From NCBI GenBank assembly GCA_030448125.1, contig JAUJNO010000010.1, forward strand, positions 4,472 through 68,471: a stretch of DNA of 64,000 nucleotides. Direction: 5' to 3'. Numbering within the stretch: position 1 is the first letter of the stretch; each line of letters starts with the position of its first letter. The translations under genes and the position numbers were made by a program. Shown piece by piece: positions 1 to 9,095 of this stretch. Source of the stretch: Rubrobacteraceae bacterium (lineage in GTDB: Bacteria; Actinomycetota; Rubrobacteria; Rubrobacterales; Rubrobacteraceae). A model generated the notes under the pieces. That model was not told the DNA's origin. It made no database searches and saw nothing but the letters and a program-made list of their open reading frames with translations.

Positions 1-252
1 GAGATCGGGATGGATCTGGTGGAGCTTGGTCTGATCTACGACGTGGGCGTCCACGACGAGGGGCGTCACTTGGACGTAACCTTCAGTCTAACGAGCCCGA
101 TGTGCCCGGTGGGGGACCTGATCCAGGAACAGGTCGAGACGGAGGCCCTCAGCATCGAAGGCGTAGAAACCGTGAATGCCCAACTCTCCTTCGAGCCGAT
201 GTGGTCCCCCGAGATGATGAGCCCCGCCGCCAAACTCTTCTTCGGACGCTAG
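1..252 (+). CDS. DUF59/MIP18-family Fe-S assembly domain protein (C-terminal part; 5' end lies outside the window)
   Basis: The frame is open from nt 1 (EIGMDLVELGLIYDV...). It carries the LTSPMCPV motif and the EPMWSPEMMS tail typical of DUF59/PaaD-like proteins. Stop at 250-252. Confidence 0.7.
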   Translation, partial: EIGMDLVELGLIYDVGVHDEGRHLDVTFSLTSPMCPVGDLIQEQVETEALSIEGVETVNAQLSFEPMWSPEMMSPAAKLFFGR

Positions 253-313
253 GAGACGCGAGCATCTGAAGCGGCGCCGGGCTTCGGGTCCGGCGCTTTT
301 CTTTTTCCTGGGA

Positions 314-1063
314 ATGGACGCGAAGGGCTTGCTCATCGACCTCGACGGGACGCTCTACGTCGAGGACGCCCCGATACCGGGCGCCCGCGAAGCCCTCTCA
401 CGCCTCGAAGCCGCCGGCGTCCCCTACCGCTACGTAACCAACACCACCCGCAGACCCCGGCGAGAGGTAGTCTCCCGGTTGCGGGAGCTGGGCTTCCCGG
501 CGCGGGAGGACCTGGTCTTCGCCCCTGCCGCCGCCGCGAACGCGCTTCTGGCAGGCAAACGGTGCCACGCCCTCGTCGCCGAGGCGCTCTTCGAAGACCT
601 CGCGGATGTGGTACTAGCCGGTACCGGCCCAACCGAGTACGTCCTGGTCGGCGACCTGGGGGACGGCTTCGACTACGCGCGGCTCAACAGAGCTTTCCGG
701 CTCCTCATGGACGGCGCCGGGCTCGTCGCGCTGCAAAGAAACCGCTTCTGGCAGGAGGCGGACGGCCCGTCTCTCGACGCCGGTCCCTTCGTTGCGGCCT
801 TGGAGTACGCGAGCGGCAAGACCGCGACGGTGGTCGGGAAGCCCGAGCCCGCCTTCTTCGAGGCGGCGTTGCTAGATCTCCGGCTCGAGGCGAAGGACGT
901 GGCGATGGTCGGCGACGACGCGGAGTCGGACGTGGCTGGGGCGCAACGGGCGGGACTGCGGGGTATACAGGTAAAGACCGGCAAGTACCGGCCGGGGGCG
1001 GCGGGGGAGGCGGACGCGGAGATCGAGAGCATTGCCGACCTTCCGGCGGTACTTGGCCTTTAG
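314..1063 (+). CDS. HAD-superfamily hydrolase, subfamily IIA
   Basis: HAD motifs appear in order: LIDLDGTLY, YVTNTTR, VVGKPEP, MVGDDAESDV. Confidence 0.75.
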   Translation: MDAKGLLIDLDGTLYVEDAPIPGAREALSRLEAAGVPYRYVTNTTRRPRREVVSRLRELGFPAREDLVFAPAAAANALLAGKRCHALVAEALFEDLADVVLAGTGPTEYVLVGDLGDGFDYARLNRAFRLLMDGAGLVALQRNRFWQEADGPSLDAGPFVAALEYASGKTATVVGKPEPAFFEAALLDLRLEAKDVAMVGDDAESDVAGAQRAGLRGIQVKTGKYRPGAAGEADAEIESIADLPAVLGL

Positions 1064-1173
1064 AAGAAACGCTAGTCAGCTACAAGGAAAGCGAGTAGGG
1101 GGTGGGGAGTAGCGAGCGATATTCTTTCGACTCCCTACTCTCGGGAGTGAAGCTGCCGTAAGAGGGAGGCAAC

Positions 1174-1578
1174 ATGAAGACCAGCGATATCCAGGTGCGG
1201 ACAAACGATCGGTACGAGTTCGTCTCGATCACCGACGAGGTAAAGAGGGCCGTGAGCGAGTCGGGCGTGGACGAGGGCGTCTGCCTCGTCTCCTCGACGC
1301 ACACGACGGCGGCCGTTACGGTTAACGAGGACTACGATCCGGACGTGCCGCGGGATCTGGCCGCCGCGTGTCGGGCTTTCGTAGGGTCTCTCGACGTGCG
1401 CTTCGAGCACGCCGAGGGCAACAGCGACTCGCACCTGCTGACGAGCCTCTTCGGGCAGTCGCAGCGCCTCCTGGTGCGGAGCGGAGAGCCGGACCTCGGG
1501 CGCTGGCAGGGCGTGTTCCTGGCGGAGTTCGATGGCCCGAGGAGCAGGACCGTGCGGGTCGCCGTTTATCCGGCCTGA
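1174..1578 (+). CDS. YjbQ/UPF0047 family protein (secondary thiamine-phosphate synthase-like)
   Basis: 134 aa. Family-typical STHTTAAVTVNE and NSDSHL...SL.G motifs. AGGGAGG lies upstream of the ATG. Confidence 0.8.
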   Translation: MKTSDIQVRTNDRYEFVSITDEVKRAVSESGVDEGVCLVSSTHTTAAVTVNEDYDPDVPRDLAAACRAFVGSLDVRFEHAEGNSDSHLLTSLFGQSQRLLVRSGEPDLGRWQGVFLAEFDGPRSRTVRVAVYPA

Positions 1579-1857
1579 GGGCCAGGAGCGGCGGCGCAAG
1601 ACGCTTCCGTGTTTGGTTGACTCGATGTTTAGTTATCTTGTGCCTTTAGGTAAGATACGTCGTAGGGTGGTGGATCGTACCTGTTATGCAGCTAGCTAAC
1701 GCTTGGAGGTCGTCGTGAACGGATTTTTGAAGGGGGGCTCGCCCTCGGTGGAGCGGTCGTCGCGCTGGGGGCGCTCCGGCGAGCGCTTAATCCCACGCCC
1801 CGGTACGCTGCCTGGGAGAAGCCCCGCTACGAGGAGTTCGAGAACAAGGTTCTCGTC

Positions 1858-3111
1858 GTGGGCGGCGGGTTTGGCGGGTTTACTGCCGCCAAGGAGATCT
1901 GCGATCGTATAACAGACCGCGAGGACGTCGGGGTGCTCGTTATCGCCAAGGACAACTTCTTTACCTTCTGGCCGATGGTCGCGGGGATCGTCAGCAGCGA
2001 CATCGACTCTCGTAACGTCGCCCAGCCGTTGAGGCGTGCCCTGATCACGGCCGGAGCAAGCTTCAGGCGCTCGATGCTTAGTAAGATAGACCCCGAAAAC
2101 CAGAGAATCACGTTAGACAGCGGGGTGGAGTTCCCCTACGATCAGCTCGTGATCGCTCTGGGTGGCCTGCCCAACTTCTTCGGCATTCCCGGTGTCGAGG
2201 AGCACAGCCTCACCATGAGAGGCATCGAAGACGCCGAGCGTATCCGCAACCGGGTGATCGAGCGCTTTGAGGAGGTCTCCCTGATACGCGGTGAGATCCC
2301 GGAATCAAAGCTTACCTTCGTGGTAATCGGCGGTGGCCCTACGGGGGTAGAGACAGCCGCGGAGCTTTACAATCTGGTCCACGAAGCCCTGGGGCCTGAC
2401 TATCCCAACATAGACCCGTATCGGGTCAGGATCTTCCTGCTTGAGGGGATGGATCACATCCTGGCCGCGCTCGATCCCGCTTTGAGGCGGGCTGCCCAGA
2501 CCCGGCTCGTCAACCAGCGCATCGAGGTGAAAACTGGGGCGATGGCCGAGGAGATCACTGCCGACTGCGTCAAGCTCAAGGGCGGTGACACGATTGCGAC
2601 GGAGAACGTGATCTGGACCGCCGGCAACCGCCCAAACGTCGCGATCGACGACCTGGACGACCTCCCCGTAGACGAGAGAAATGGTATAAAGGTCGATGAG
2701 TACCTGCGAGTTGAGGGCCACTCCAACATCTGGGCAATCGGGGACTGCGCCGCCGTTCCGGACATCAATGAGGAGAACGGTCAGGGCATTCCGCCGACCG
2801 CCCAGGCCGCCACCCAGGAGGGCAAAGCTGTCGCCAAGAACATTCTCGCCGCGATCGACGGTAAAGAAGATGAGCTGGAGAAGTTCGAGTACAAGCCGCT
2901 GGGCACGCTCGTGGAGCTCGGTAGCGACTTCGCCGTAAACGAGGTAATGGGGGTGCGCTTCACCGGAACCCTGGCGGCTATCTTCTGGCGCCTGGCTTAC
3001 TTGGCGAGGCTGAACAGTCCCCAGAGCAAGGCGCATCAGATGACCGACTGGATCCTCGGCTTCTTCATGAGGCCTGCCGTCACCCAGGTCCGCGGCACCT
3101 CCGAGAAGTAG
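1858..3111 (+). CDS. ndh: Type II NADH dehydrogenase (NDH-2, FAD-dependent pyridine nucleotide-disulfide oxidoreductase). The true 5' end is probably upstream (see findings).
   Basis: GGGFGG and GGGPTGVE dinucleotide-binding motifs, plus IWAIGDCA. The first canonical start (GTG 1858) cuts off the upstream in-frame KVLVV beta-strand. Confidence 0.85.
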   Translation: MGGGFGGFTAAKEICDRITDREDVGVLVIAKDNFFTFWPMVAGIVSSDIDSRNVAQPLRRALITAGASFRRSMLSKIDPENQRITLDSGVEFPYDQLVIALGGLPNFFGIPGVEEHSLTMRGIEDAERIRNRVIERFEEVSLIRGEIPESKLTFVVIGGGPTGVETAAELYNLVHEALGPDYPNIDPYRVRIFLLEGMDHILAALDPALRRAAQTRLVNQRIEVKTGAMAEEITADCVKLKGGDTIATENVIWTAGNRPNVAIDDLDDLPVDERNGIKVDEYLRVEGHSNIWAIGDCAAVPDINEENGQGIPPTAQAATQEGKAVAKNILAAIDGKEDELEKFEYKPLGTLVELGSDFAVNEVMGVRFTGTLAAIFWRLAYLARLNSPQSKAHQMTDWILGFFMRPAVTQVRGTSEK

Positions 3112-3203
3112 AGCCCGGCGGGAATGGCCGGGCCACTCTCCACCGCCCCTTGTACCCGCTCCAGAAAGGTGCTAGGTTAGCCGGGTTCTGAAGTACGACC
3201 TCG

Positions 3204-3875
3204 GTGGGAAAGGTAGGGCTCCAAGCGGTGATGGTATGGTACGCTCTCTTGGCCCTTGCAGGCTATCTGGTAGGTTCCGTGCCTTTTGGACTCTACGCCG
3301 CCCGCTACAGCCATAGGAGAAACGGCCTCCCTGACGCCCGAGCAGGCGCCAACGTGGGTCCCCTCGACCTGTACCGCCGTTCCGGGTCGGGCCGCACGCT
3401 GGTCGGCGTCGCCTTTCTCCTGGAGCTCGTCAAGGGGTTCCTGCCGACGTTCACGGGCTACCTCGCTCTCGGCACGCCGGGGGCGGTCGGCGGGGGCTCG
3501 GCGGTGCTCGTCGGGCACAACTTTCCCCTTTTCGGCCGGCTGCGCGGGTCCAACTCGGTCGCGCCGCTGCTCGGGGTCCTGCTCGCGGTCTACCCGATCG
3601 TGGTGGTGATATTGGGGATGGTGTGGACGGCGTCTATGGCGGCCTGGCGGTATGCGTCGCTCGCGGCGCTGGTGGCCGCGACGGTCTCGCCGCTCGCGCT
3701 CGCCGCGCTCGACGCCGGAGGCCCGTACGAGAGCTGGCTCGTCTTGGCCGCGGTTCTCTGGTCGCTGTTGACCTTTTTTGCCCATCGGGAGAACATTCGC
3801 AGGCTCGTGAGCGGGCGGGAGGCGAAGATCAACGCTCCCGTCGACGAGGTCCGCCGCGGAAGGAGGGTGCGATGA
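3204..3875 (+). CDS. plsY: Glycerol-3-phosphate acyltransferase PlsY
   Basis: YLVGSVPFG, GHNFPLF and HRENIRRLVSGRE motifs in a multi-TM protein. ATG 3231 (MVWYALL) is an alternative start. Confidence 0.85.
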   Translation: MGKVGLQAVMVWYALLALAGYLVGSVPFGLYAARYSHRRNGLPDARAGANVGPLDLYRRSGSGRTLVGVAFLLELVKGFLPTFTGYLALGTPGAVGGGSAVLVGHNFPLFGRLRGSNSVAPLLGVLLAVYPIVVVILGMVWTASMAAWRYASLAALVAATVSPLALAALDAGGPYESWLVLAAVLWSLLTFFAHRENIRRLVSGREAKINAPVDEVRRGRRVR

Positions 3876-4414
3876 CCTTCGCGAACCAGCTGACCCTGGC
3901 GAGGCTCGTGGCCGTCGTGCCGGTGATGGCGGCGCTCTACGTGCAGTTCCCCGGCAACCGGGCCGTGGCGACGGTGGTCTACGCTCTAGCGATCCTGACC
4001 GACTACCTGGACGGCATCCTGGCCCGCCGCGGTGACAAGGTTACCGCCTTTGGGAAGCTCATGGACTCGGTCGCCGACAAGGCTCTCATCACCACCATGT
4101 TCTTCGCCCTCGTCGCCGAGGGCTCGATGCCGGCGTGGATGGCGGCGGTCATGGTGGCGCGCGAGTTCGCCGTGACGGGCCTGCGCATGGTGGCGCTCGA
4201 AGGCGACGAGGTGATAGCGGCGAACCGGTGGGGCAAAGTCAAGATGGTTGCCCAGAGCGCGGCGGTGTTCGTCCTGCTGCTCGGCTACTTCCAGGTAGGC
4301 TACTGGGCGATGCTCGTCGCCACGCTGCTCACGCTGCTCTCGGGCTGGTCATACCTCAAGGATACCCCGAGGATCCTCGCCGCCTCTTCTACCGGACAGG
4401 ACAGGAAGCTCTAG
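3872..4414 (+). CDS. pgsA: CDP-diacylglycerol--glycerol-3-phosphate 3-phosphatidyltransferase
   Basis: CDP-alcohol phosphatidyltransferase motif (DYLDG...ARR...FGKLMDSVADK). The ATG overlaps the plsY stop (ATGA). AGGAGGG lies at 3861. Confidence 0.85.
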   Translation: MTFANQLTLARLVAVVPVMAALYVQFPGNRAVATVVYALAILTDYLDGILARRGDKVTAFGKLMDSVADKALITTMFFALVAEGSMPAWMAAVMVAREFAVTGLRMVALEGDEVIAANRWGKVKMVAQSAAVFVLLLGYFQVGYWAMLVATLLTLLSGWSYLKDTPRILAASSTGQDRKL

Positions 4415-5266
4415 GTGGACCCCTACGATACCAGTGAGAATGCCGAGGCCCATCTCACCCCCGCCGAGGTAGAGATGGTCCTCCGCCGGGCCGCGGAGCT
4501 GAGCGCACGTCGCCGGGGTTCCGATACCTACGCCCAATCTGTATCCCCCGAGCTCCTCGTGCAGGTGGCCGACGCGCTCGGCATCGCCGAGGGCGACGTC
4601 CGGCGGGCGATCTTCGACCTGCTCTCCGAGAGGACCGCCGAGCCCTACACCCTGGCGCACAAGCTCTTCGGCCCCGCCCGCCTGAAAGCGGTGAGAGAGG
4701 TGGAGAAGCCAGCCGAGCCCGCCCGGAAGCACCTCGAGGAGCTGTTGCGGGGAGAGCAGGGCCTCAAGCTCCGCCGCAAGACCGAGGCGAGCTCTCTGTG
4801 GGACGCCGGGGACCTCTTGGGGACGGTGCGCCGGGCCCTGGATTTCGCGGGGCATTACTCGCTGCTAAAGGCTCGCTCCGTAGAGCTCAGGGTCGAGGAC
4901 GTGGGCTACGGTCGCTCGGGGGCCAACCTCACCGCCGACGTCTCCAACCAGCGCGGGGAGTACCTCTCCATGGGCGGCATCCTCGGCGCCACGCTCGCCC
5001 TGCCCCTCGCTATAGCCGGGGTCTACAACTGGCTCTACTTCCTCACGATCATCCCCGCCCTCGTCGCCCCCGGCTTCGGCTTCAAGCTCGCCTACAAGAA
5101 GGCCTGCGGCGACATGAGACGGGTTATGGACAGTCTGCTGGACGCCGTCGAAGAAGGCCCGCAAAGAGAAGAGAAGGCGCCCGAACAACCCCGTCAGCGC
5201 AAGCCCGGCCAGATGCGGCCCCTCAAACCCATCCCCAAGTTCACGCCCCAGCGGGAGGAAGAGTAG
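4415..5266 (+). CDS. Hypothetical membrane protein (two C-terminal TM helices, basic/Pro-rich tail)
   Basis: Coding-like GC3 bias. GTG start directly follows the pgsA stop. Hydrophobic segments GGILGATLALPLAIAGV and LYFLTIIPALVAPGFGF. No recognisable domain. Confidence 0.5.
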   Translation: MDPYDTSENAEAHLTPAEVEMVLRRAAELSARRRGSDTYAQSVSPELLVQVADALGIAEGDVRRAIFDLLSERTAEPYTLAHKLFGPARLKAVREVEKPAEPARKHLEELLRGEQGLKLRRKTEASSLWDAGDLLGTVRRALDFAGHYSLLKARSVELRVEDVGYGRSGANLTADVSNQRGEYLSMGGILGATLALPLAIAGVYNWLYFLTIIPALVAPGFGFKLAYKKACGDMRRVMDSLLDAVEEGPQREEKAPEQPRQRKPGQMRPLKPIPKFTPQREEE

Positions 5267-5553
5267 CTCTCTGTTTTGCTTCGGGGCGCGGAACAAACGC
5301 GGTTAGTAGAACCAGATCGCCACACTCCAGAGCGTGGATTCTGGCCCCCGAAGCCATCTCCAAGATCTCACCGCACCCCTCTGCGCGCCACCGATGAGAG
5401 ACGTGGTCGAGGTACTTCTCCTTCCCAGGGGCTCCGTATGCAAGATCATAAACGGTTCCGGTTCTCCGACGCGCAAGCGCTCGGCGCTTCTAAAGATCGT
5501 GAGGCCGTCGGTCAGTGGGTGAAAGCCGGCGCCTAACGGCTTATATTTAAGAT

Positions 5554-7767
5554 ATGCCGCTCAACGTACTCAAAGAGATCTTCGGCTTCGACTCGTTCCG
5601 GCCCGGACAGGAAGAGGTGATCCGGGCCGTCCTCGACCGGCAGGATACGCTGGCCGTGATGCCGACCGGAGGCGGCAAGAGCCTCTGTTATCAGGTGCCC
5701 GCTCTGATGGCCGAGGGTCTCACGGTGATCGTCTCACCTTTGATCTCGCTGATGAAGGACCAAATCGACTCGCTGCTGCAGAGCTCGGTCGAGGGGGCGG
5801 CCACGCTCCACTCCGGGCTCTCGCCGGAGGAGCGGTGGGAGGTCGAGAAGAGGATGCGGACCGGTGAGATCCGGATGCTCTACGTCGCCCCTGAACGCCT
5901 CCGGTCCCTGGAGTTCGTCCTGGCTCTGCGCAAGGCGGGTGTCGGCCTCTTCGTGGTCGACGAGGCGCACTGCATCTCGGAGTGGGGTCACGACTTCAGG
6001 CCGGACTACCTCTTCTTGCCCCGCGTGGTGCGCGACCTCGGCAACCCGCCGGTCCTCGCCCTCACGGCGACGGCGACGCCGCGCGTCCGGCAGGACATTC
6101 TGCGCTCTCTGGGCATGCGCGAGCCCAAGGTTGTGGTGACCAGCTTCAACCGGCCGAACCTCACCTACCGGATACTCTCCGCCAAAGAGAAGAAGCACAA
6201 GCTGCCCCTGATCCTGGAACTCATCCGCAAGAACCCGCCGCCGGGGATCATCTACGCAACCACGCGTAAGGAGTGCGAGGAGCTGGCGGCAAACCTCCGG
6301 AGCGCCGGGGTTAACGCCGCTCACTACCACGCCGGCCTCGGTGCGGGGGAACGCTCCAGTGTCCAGGAGCGCTTCATGACCGATGAAGTGGACGTGGTGG
6401 CCGCAACGATAGCGTTCGGGATGGGTGTAGATAAGCCGAACGTGCGGTTCGTGATCCACGCGAGCGCCCCCGGCAGCCTGCCCGCCTATATTCAGGAGGC
6501 CGGCCGCGCCGGACGCGATGGAGAGCCTAGCGAATGCGTCGTCCTCTACCGGGGCGCCGATCTCGGTCGTCGCAAAGGCTTTATTACCAGGGATGCCGCC
6601 GGCGCCGACAAAGTCGAGTCTTTCTTCCGCGCGCTCTCGCGCGTGGCGAGCGGGGGCCGGGTAAACGTACCGCCGGCCTCTCTAGGCTCTCTGGGCGGCG
6701 TAGAGCCGGATCTGGCGGGCTCTCTCCTTGGGGGGCTCGAGGAGGCGGGGCTCATCTCGCGGGGCTACGACCTGTGGGGTGACGTCGAGGTGCGCCGGGT
6801 GGACGAGGAACCCGAAGGTTTGCGAGGAGAAGTGCGCGAGGAGGTTACGCGCGTCCATGCCACCCTGCCCGGCGAAGGGACGGTATCCCTCACGGAGCTG
6901 GCCCGGCGCGCGGGCGTGCGGCCCGTCGTCGCCCAGACGGCCCTCTTCAAGCTCATGGCGGACGGGATCGTCGAGGCTCTGCCACGGGGCTCTCTGGCCG
7001 ACATCCGGCTCAAGAAAGAGAGCCTCGACGAACGCAGCCGCCGGTCGATCTCCGCCCGCCTCAAGAGTCGCACACGGGCAGCTTACGACCAGATCCGGAC
7101 CGTGGAAACCTACGCCACCCTGAAGACCTGTCGCCGGGAGCACCTCCTCAGGCACTTCGGAGACATGGAACAGGTGGTCCCCTGCGCCGGCTGCGACGTG
7201 TGCCTCGGAGAGGTAGACGAAACCCCCGCTCTCTCCGCGTACGCTACCTCGACTGCTGCCGCGGCCGTCCAGCCTAGCGTCCCCGCCTCGGAACGCGCCA
7301 CTGTCCCGCTCGAGCGGCTGAACGGAACTACCGCTGCTCCCCCCGCTGCTATAGACGAGGAGCTCTTCGAGCGTCTGCGAGCGTGGCGTGGAGACCAGGC
7401 GCGGAGCCAGCAAGTCCCAGCCTACGTCGTTCTGCATAACTCCCATCTTGAGGAGATATCCCGCCGCAAGCCGAAGAGCGTACACGAGCTCGGTTCCATA
7501 AAAGGCATCGGTCTGCGACGCGCCGCCCGCTACGGCGACGAGCTTCTGGCCCTGGTGCGCGGCGAGGAGCCGGCGCCTGCCGCGAAGCGCACGGAGCACG
7601 CAGAGCGCGCGGAGCGTGACGACCTCGATTACCGCCGTCATCTCGAAGTCGCCGAACGCCTTCTCCGGACCGGAAGCGGCGCCGCCGCCGTCCCCGAGCT
7701 CGCCCGCGCCCTGGAGATCGGGGGCGAAGAAGCGAGGCAGGCCGTGGACGCCCTGCTCGCCCCCTGA
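5554..7767 (+). CDS. recQ: ATP-dependent DNA helicase RecQ
   Basis: PTGGGKSLCYQ (Walker A), DEAHCISEWGHDFRPDY, TATA, IAFGMGVDKPNVRFV, a Zn-binding Cys cluster (CRREHLL...CAGCDVC) and an HRDC-like segment near the C-terminus. Confidence 0.9.
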   Translation: MPLNVLKEIFGFDSFRPGQEEVIRAVLDRQDTLAVMPTGGGKSLCYQVPALMAEGLTVIVSPLISLMKDQIDSLLQSSVEGAATLHSGLSPEERWEVEKRMRTGEIRMLYVAPERLRSLEFVLALRKAGVGLFVVDEAHCISEWGHDFRPDYLFLPRVVRDLGNPPVLALTATATPRVRQDILRSLGMREPKVVVTSFNRPNLTYRILSAKEKKHKLPLILELIRKNPPPGIIYATTRKECEELAANLRSAGVNAAHYHAGLGAGERSSVQERFMTDEVDVVAATIAFGMGVDKPNVRFVIHASAPGSLPAYIQEAGRAGRDGEPSECVVLYRGADLGRRKGFITRDAAGADKVESFFRALSRVASGGRVNVPPASLGSLGGVEPDLAGSLLGGLEEAGLISRGYDLWGDVEVRRVDEEPEGLRGEVREEVTRVHATLPGEGTVSLTELARRAGVRPVVAQTALFKLMADGIVEALPRGSLADIRLKKESLDERSRRSISARLKSRTRAAYDQIRTVETYATLKTCRREHLLRHFGDMEQVVPCAGCDVCLGEVDETPALSAYATSTAAAAVQPSVPASERATVPLERLNGTTAAPPAAIDEELFERLRAWRGDQARSQQVPAYVVLHNSHLEEISRRKPKSVHELGSIKGIGLRRAARYGDELLALVRGEEPAPAAKRTEHAERAERDDLDYRRHLEVAERLLRTGSGAAAVPELARALEIGGEEARQAVDALLAP

Positions 7768-7833
7768 CCCTGTCGCAACAGGTATCATGCTCTACAGTCA
7801 AAGATCTGACCAGTTCATACGAAAGGAGCCCGC

Positions 7834-8355
7834 GTGAGGTTAAGGGGCAAGAGGGTCGTGGTCCTCGTCGCTGATGGGTTCGAGGACCTGGAGTACTGGG
7901 TGACGGTGATGCGGCTGCGCGAGGAGGGGGCAGAGGTGATCTCCGTCGGGCCCGGCGAGGGGCCGTTCCACGGCAAGAACTACCTCGAGGCCCGGGCGGA
8001 CGCCACGGCGAAGGACGTAGACGCCGACGAGCTCGACGGGATCGTGATCCCCGGCGGCTGGGCGCCGGACAAGCTGCGGCGCTACAAGGAGGTCACGGAC
8101 CTCGTGGCGGCGGTCCACGAGAGGGGCAAGACGGTCGGCATCATCTGCCACGGCGGGCTTGTGGCGATCTCCGCCGGCATCGTCAACGGCGCCAGCGCCA
8201 CGGGTTCTTTGGGGATCAAAGACGACCTCGTGAACGCCGGAGCGACCTGGGTGGACAAGCCCGCGTTCCGCGAGAATAACCTGGTCTGGGGCCGCGTCGT
8301 CCCAGACATCCCGGCCTTCTGCCGCGAACTGGTCGCCGCCCTCTCCGAAGGGTAG
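7834..8355 (+). CDS. DJ-1/PfpI family protein (intracellular protease/amidase type)
   Basis: 173 aa. DGFEDLEY, the nucleophile elbow GIICHGG, and IPGGWAPD. Confidence 0.85.
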   Translation: MRLRGKRVVVLVADGFEDLEYWVTVMRLREEGAEVISVGPGEGPFHGKNYLEARADATAKDVDADELDGIVIPGGWAPDKLRRYKEVTDLVAAVHERGKTVGIICHGGLVAISAGIVNGASATGSLGIKDDLVNAGATWVDKPAFRENNLVWGRVVPDIPAFCRELVAALSEG

Positions 8356-8488
8356 GACGTACGGCCGGAGGGTTCGGTACGCTAGAGCCTGCTTGCAAAA
8401 CGCGAGCCTTAGAGAATAGGTTTTAAAGTGTAAGCTACTACCCAGATAGCGTATGTTCCGACTTGGAAGCGCGAAAAGGAGCTACACG

Positions 8489-8725
8489 ATGGCGAGAGAC
8501 GTGGTGCTGTACGTACAGCAACCCGGGTCGATGGACGGCACGAAGACGGAGGAGTTCCTCCGTGAGATAGGCGTCTGGTTCATGGTCAAGAACATAGCCG
8601 AAGACGAAGAGGCGGTAGCCGAGTTGGAGCGCATGGGGACTTCGACCACGCCTGTCACCGTGACGGGGGACGAGGTTATCGTAGGCTTCGACCGCGAGAG
8701 GCTGGAGAAGCTAGCCGAGGGTTGA
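8489..8725 (+). CDS. Glutaredoxin/NrdH-fold protein lacking the CxxC active site
   Basis: AAGGAG lies 7 nt before ATG 8489. Thioredoxin-fold pattern (VVLY...TPVTV.GDEVIVGFDRERLEKL), but GSMDG occupies the position of CPYC and the protein has no cysteine. Confidence 0.6.
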   Translation: MARDVVLYVQQPGSMDGTKTEEFLREIGVWFMVKNIAEDEEAVAELERMGTSTTPVTVTGDEVIVGFDRERLEKLAEG

Positions 8726-8917
8726 TGGCCGCGATCCGGTGACCACGTCGATGCCGGCCGCCTCCTGATCGATGATCGCGGCCTGGCTCGCGCGTAACTG
8801 CGCGTCGGCCATGTCCTCGGCCGCCAGCGCGCCCGCCTCGACCTGCTTCTCCAGCACCTCGTACCAGCGTGGAACGTTGTGGGCGCCCACCATCGAGGTC
8901 GCGTGTTTCTCGAGGTC
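8711..8917 (-). pseudogene. Remnant (about 65 N-terminal codons) of a paralog of the MetE-like gene at 9135-10220
   Basis: LEKHATSMVGAHNVPRWYEVLEKQVEAGALAAEDMADAQ...DQEAAGIDVVTG matches the N-terminus of the neighbouring gene at 41 of 60 positions (hand alignment). The start codon is lost. Homology stops about 10 nt from the 3' end of the convergent gene. Confidence 0.65.
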
Positions 8918-9070
8918 CCTTTCTCCTCTCCTCTCTCCGGCTTTGAGTCCCCAGTGGACGGTCTAGGCCCCAGCCGGTGCGCTCGCGGGCTTCCCGGATC
9001 CGCTGCTTCTCGGCGTGCTTCATGGGGCAGGCCGACAGCCTCGGGATGAGCCCTGATGCTTCTTTGGCGG

Positions 9071-9095
9071 GGCCACCCCCGGGCCGGGGGTGGCC
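9071..9095 (-). terminator. GC-rich stem-loop after the MetE-like gene
   Basis: GGCCACCCCC / GGGGGTGGCC gives a 10-bp perfect stem with a 5-nt loop, about 40 nt past the stop at 9135. No clear U-tract follows. Confidence 0.45.

Noticed and set aside
1064-1173. Hairpin/direct repeat (GAGTAG twice, GAGTAGGG/CCCTACTC stem) upstream of the YjbQ-like gene; considered as a TPP riboswitch
   Set aside because: It lacks the CTGAGA and ACCTGATCTGGATAATGCCAGCG-type TPP cores. It is more likely a simple stem-loop or the terminator of the upstream HAD gene.
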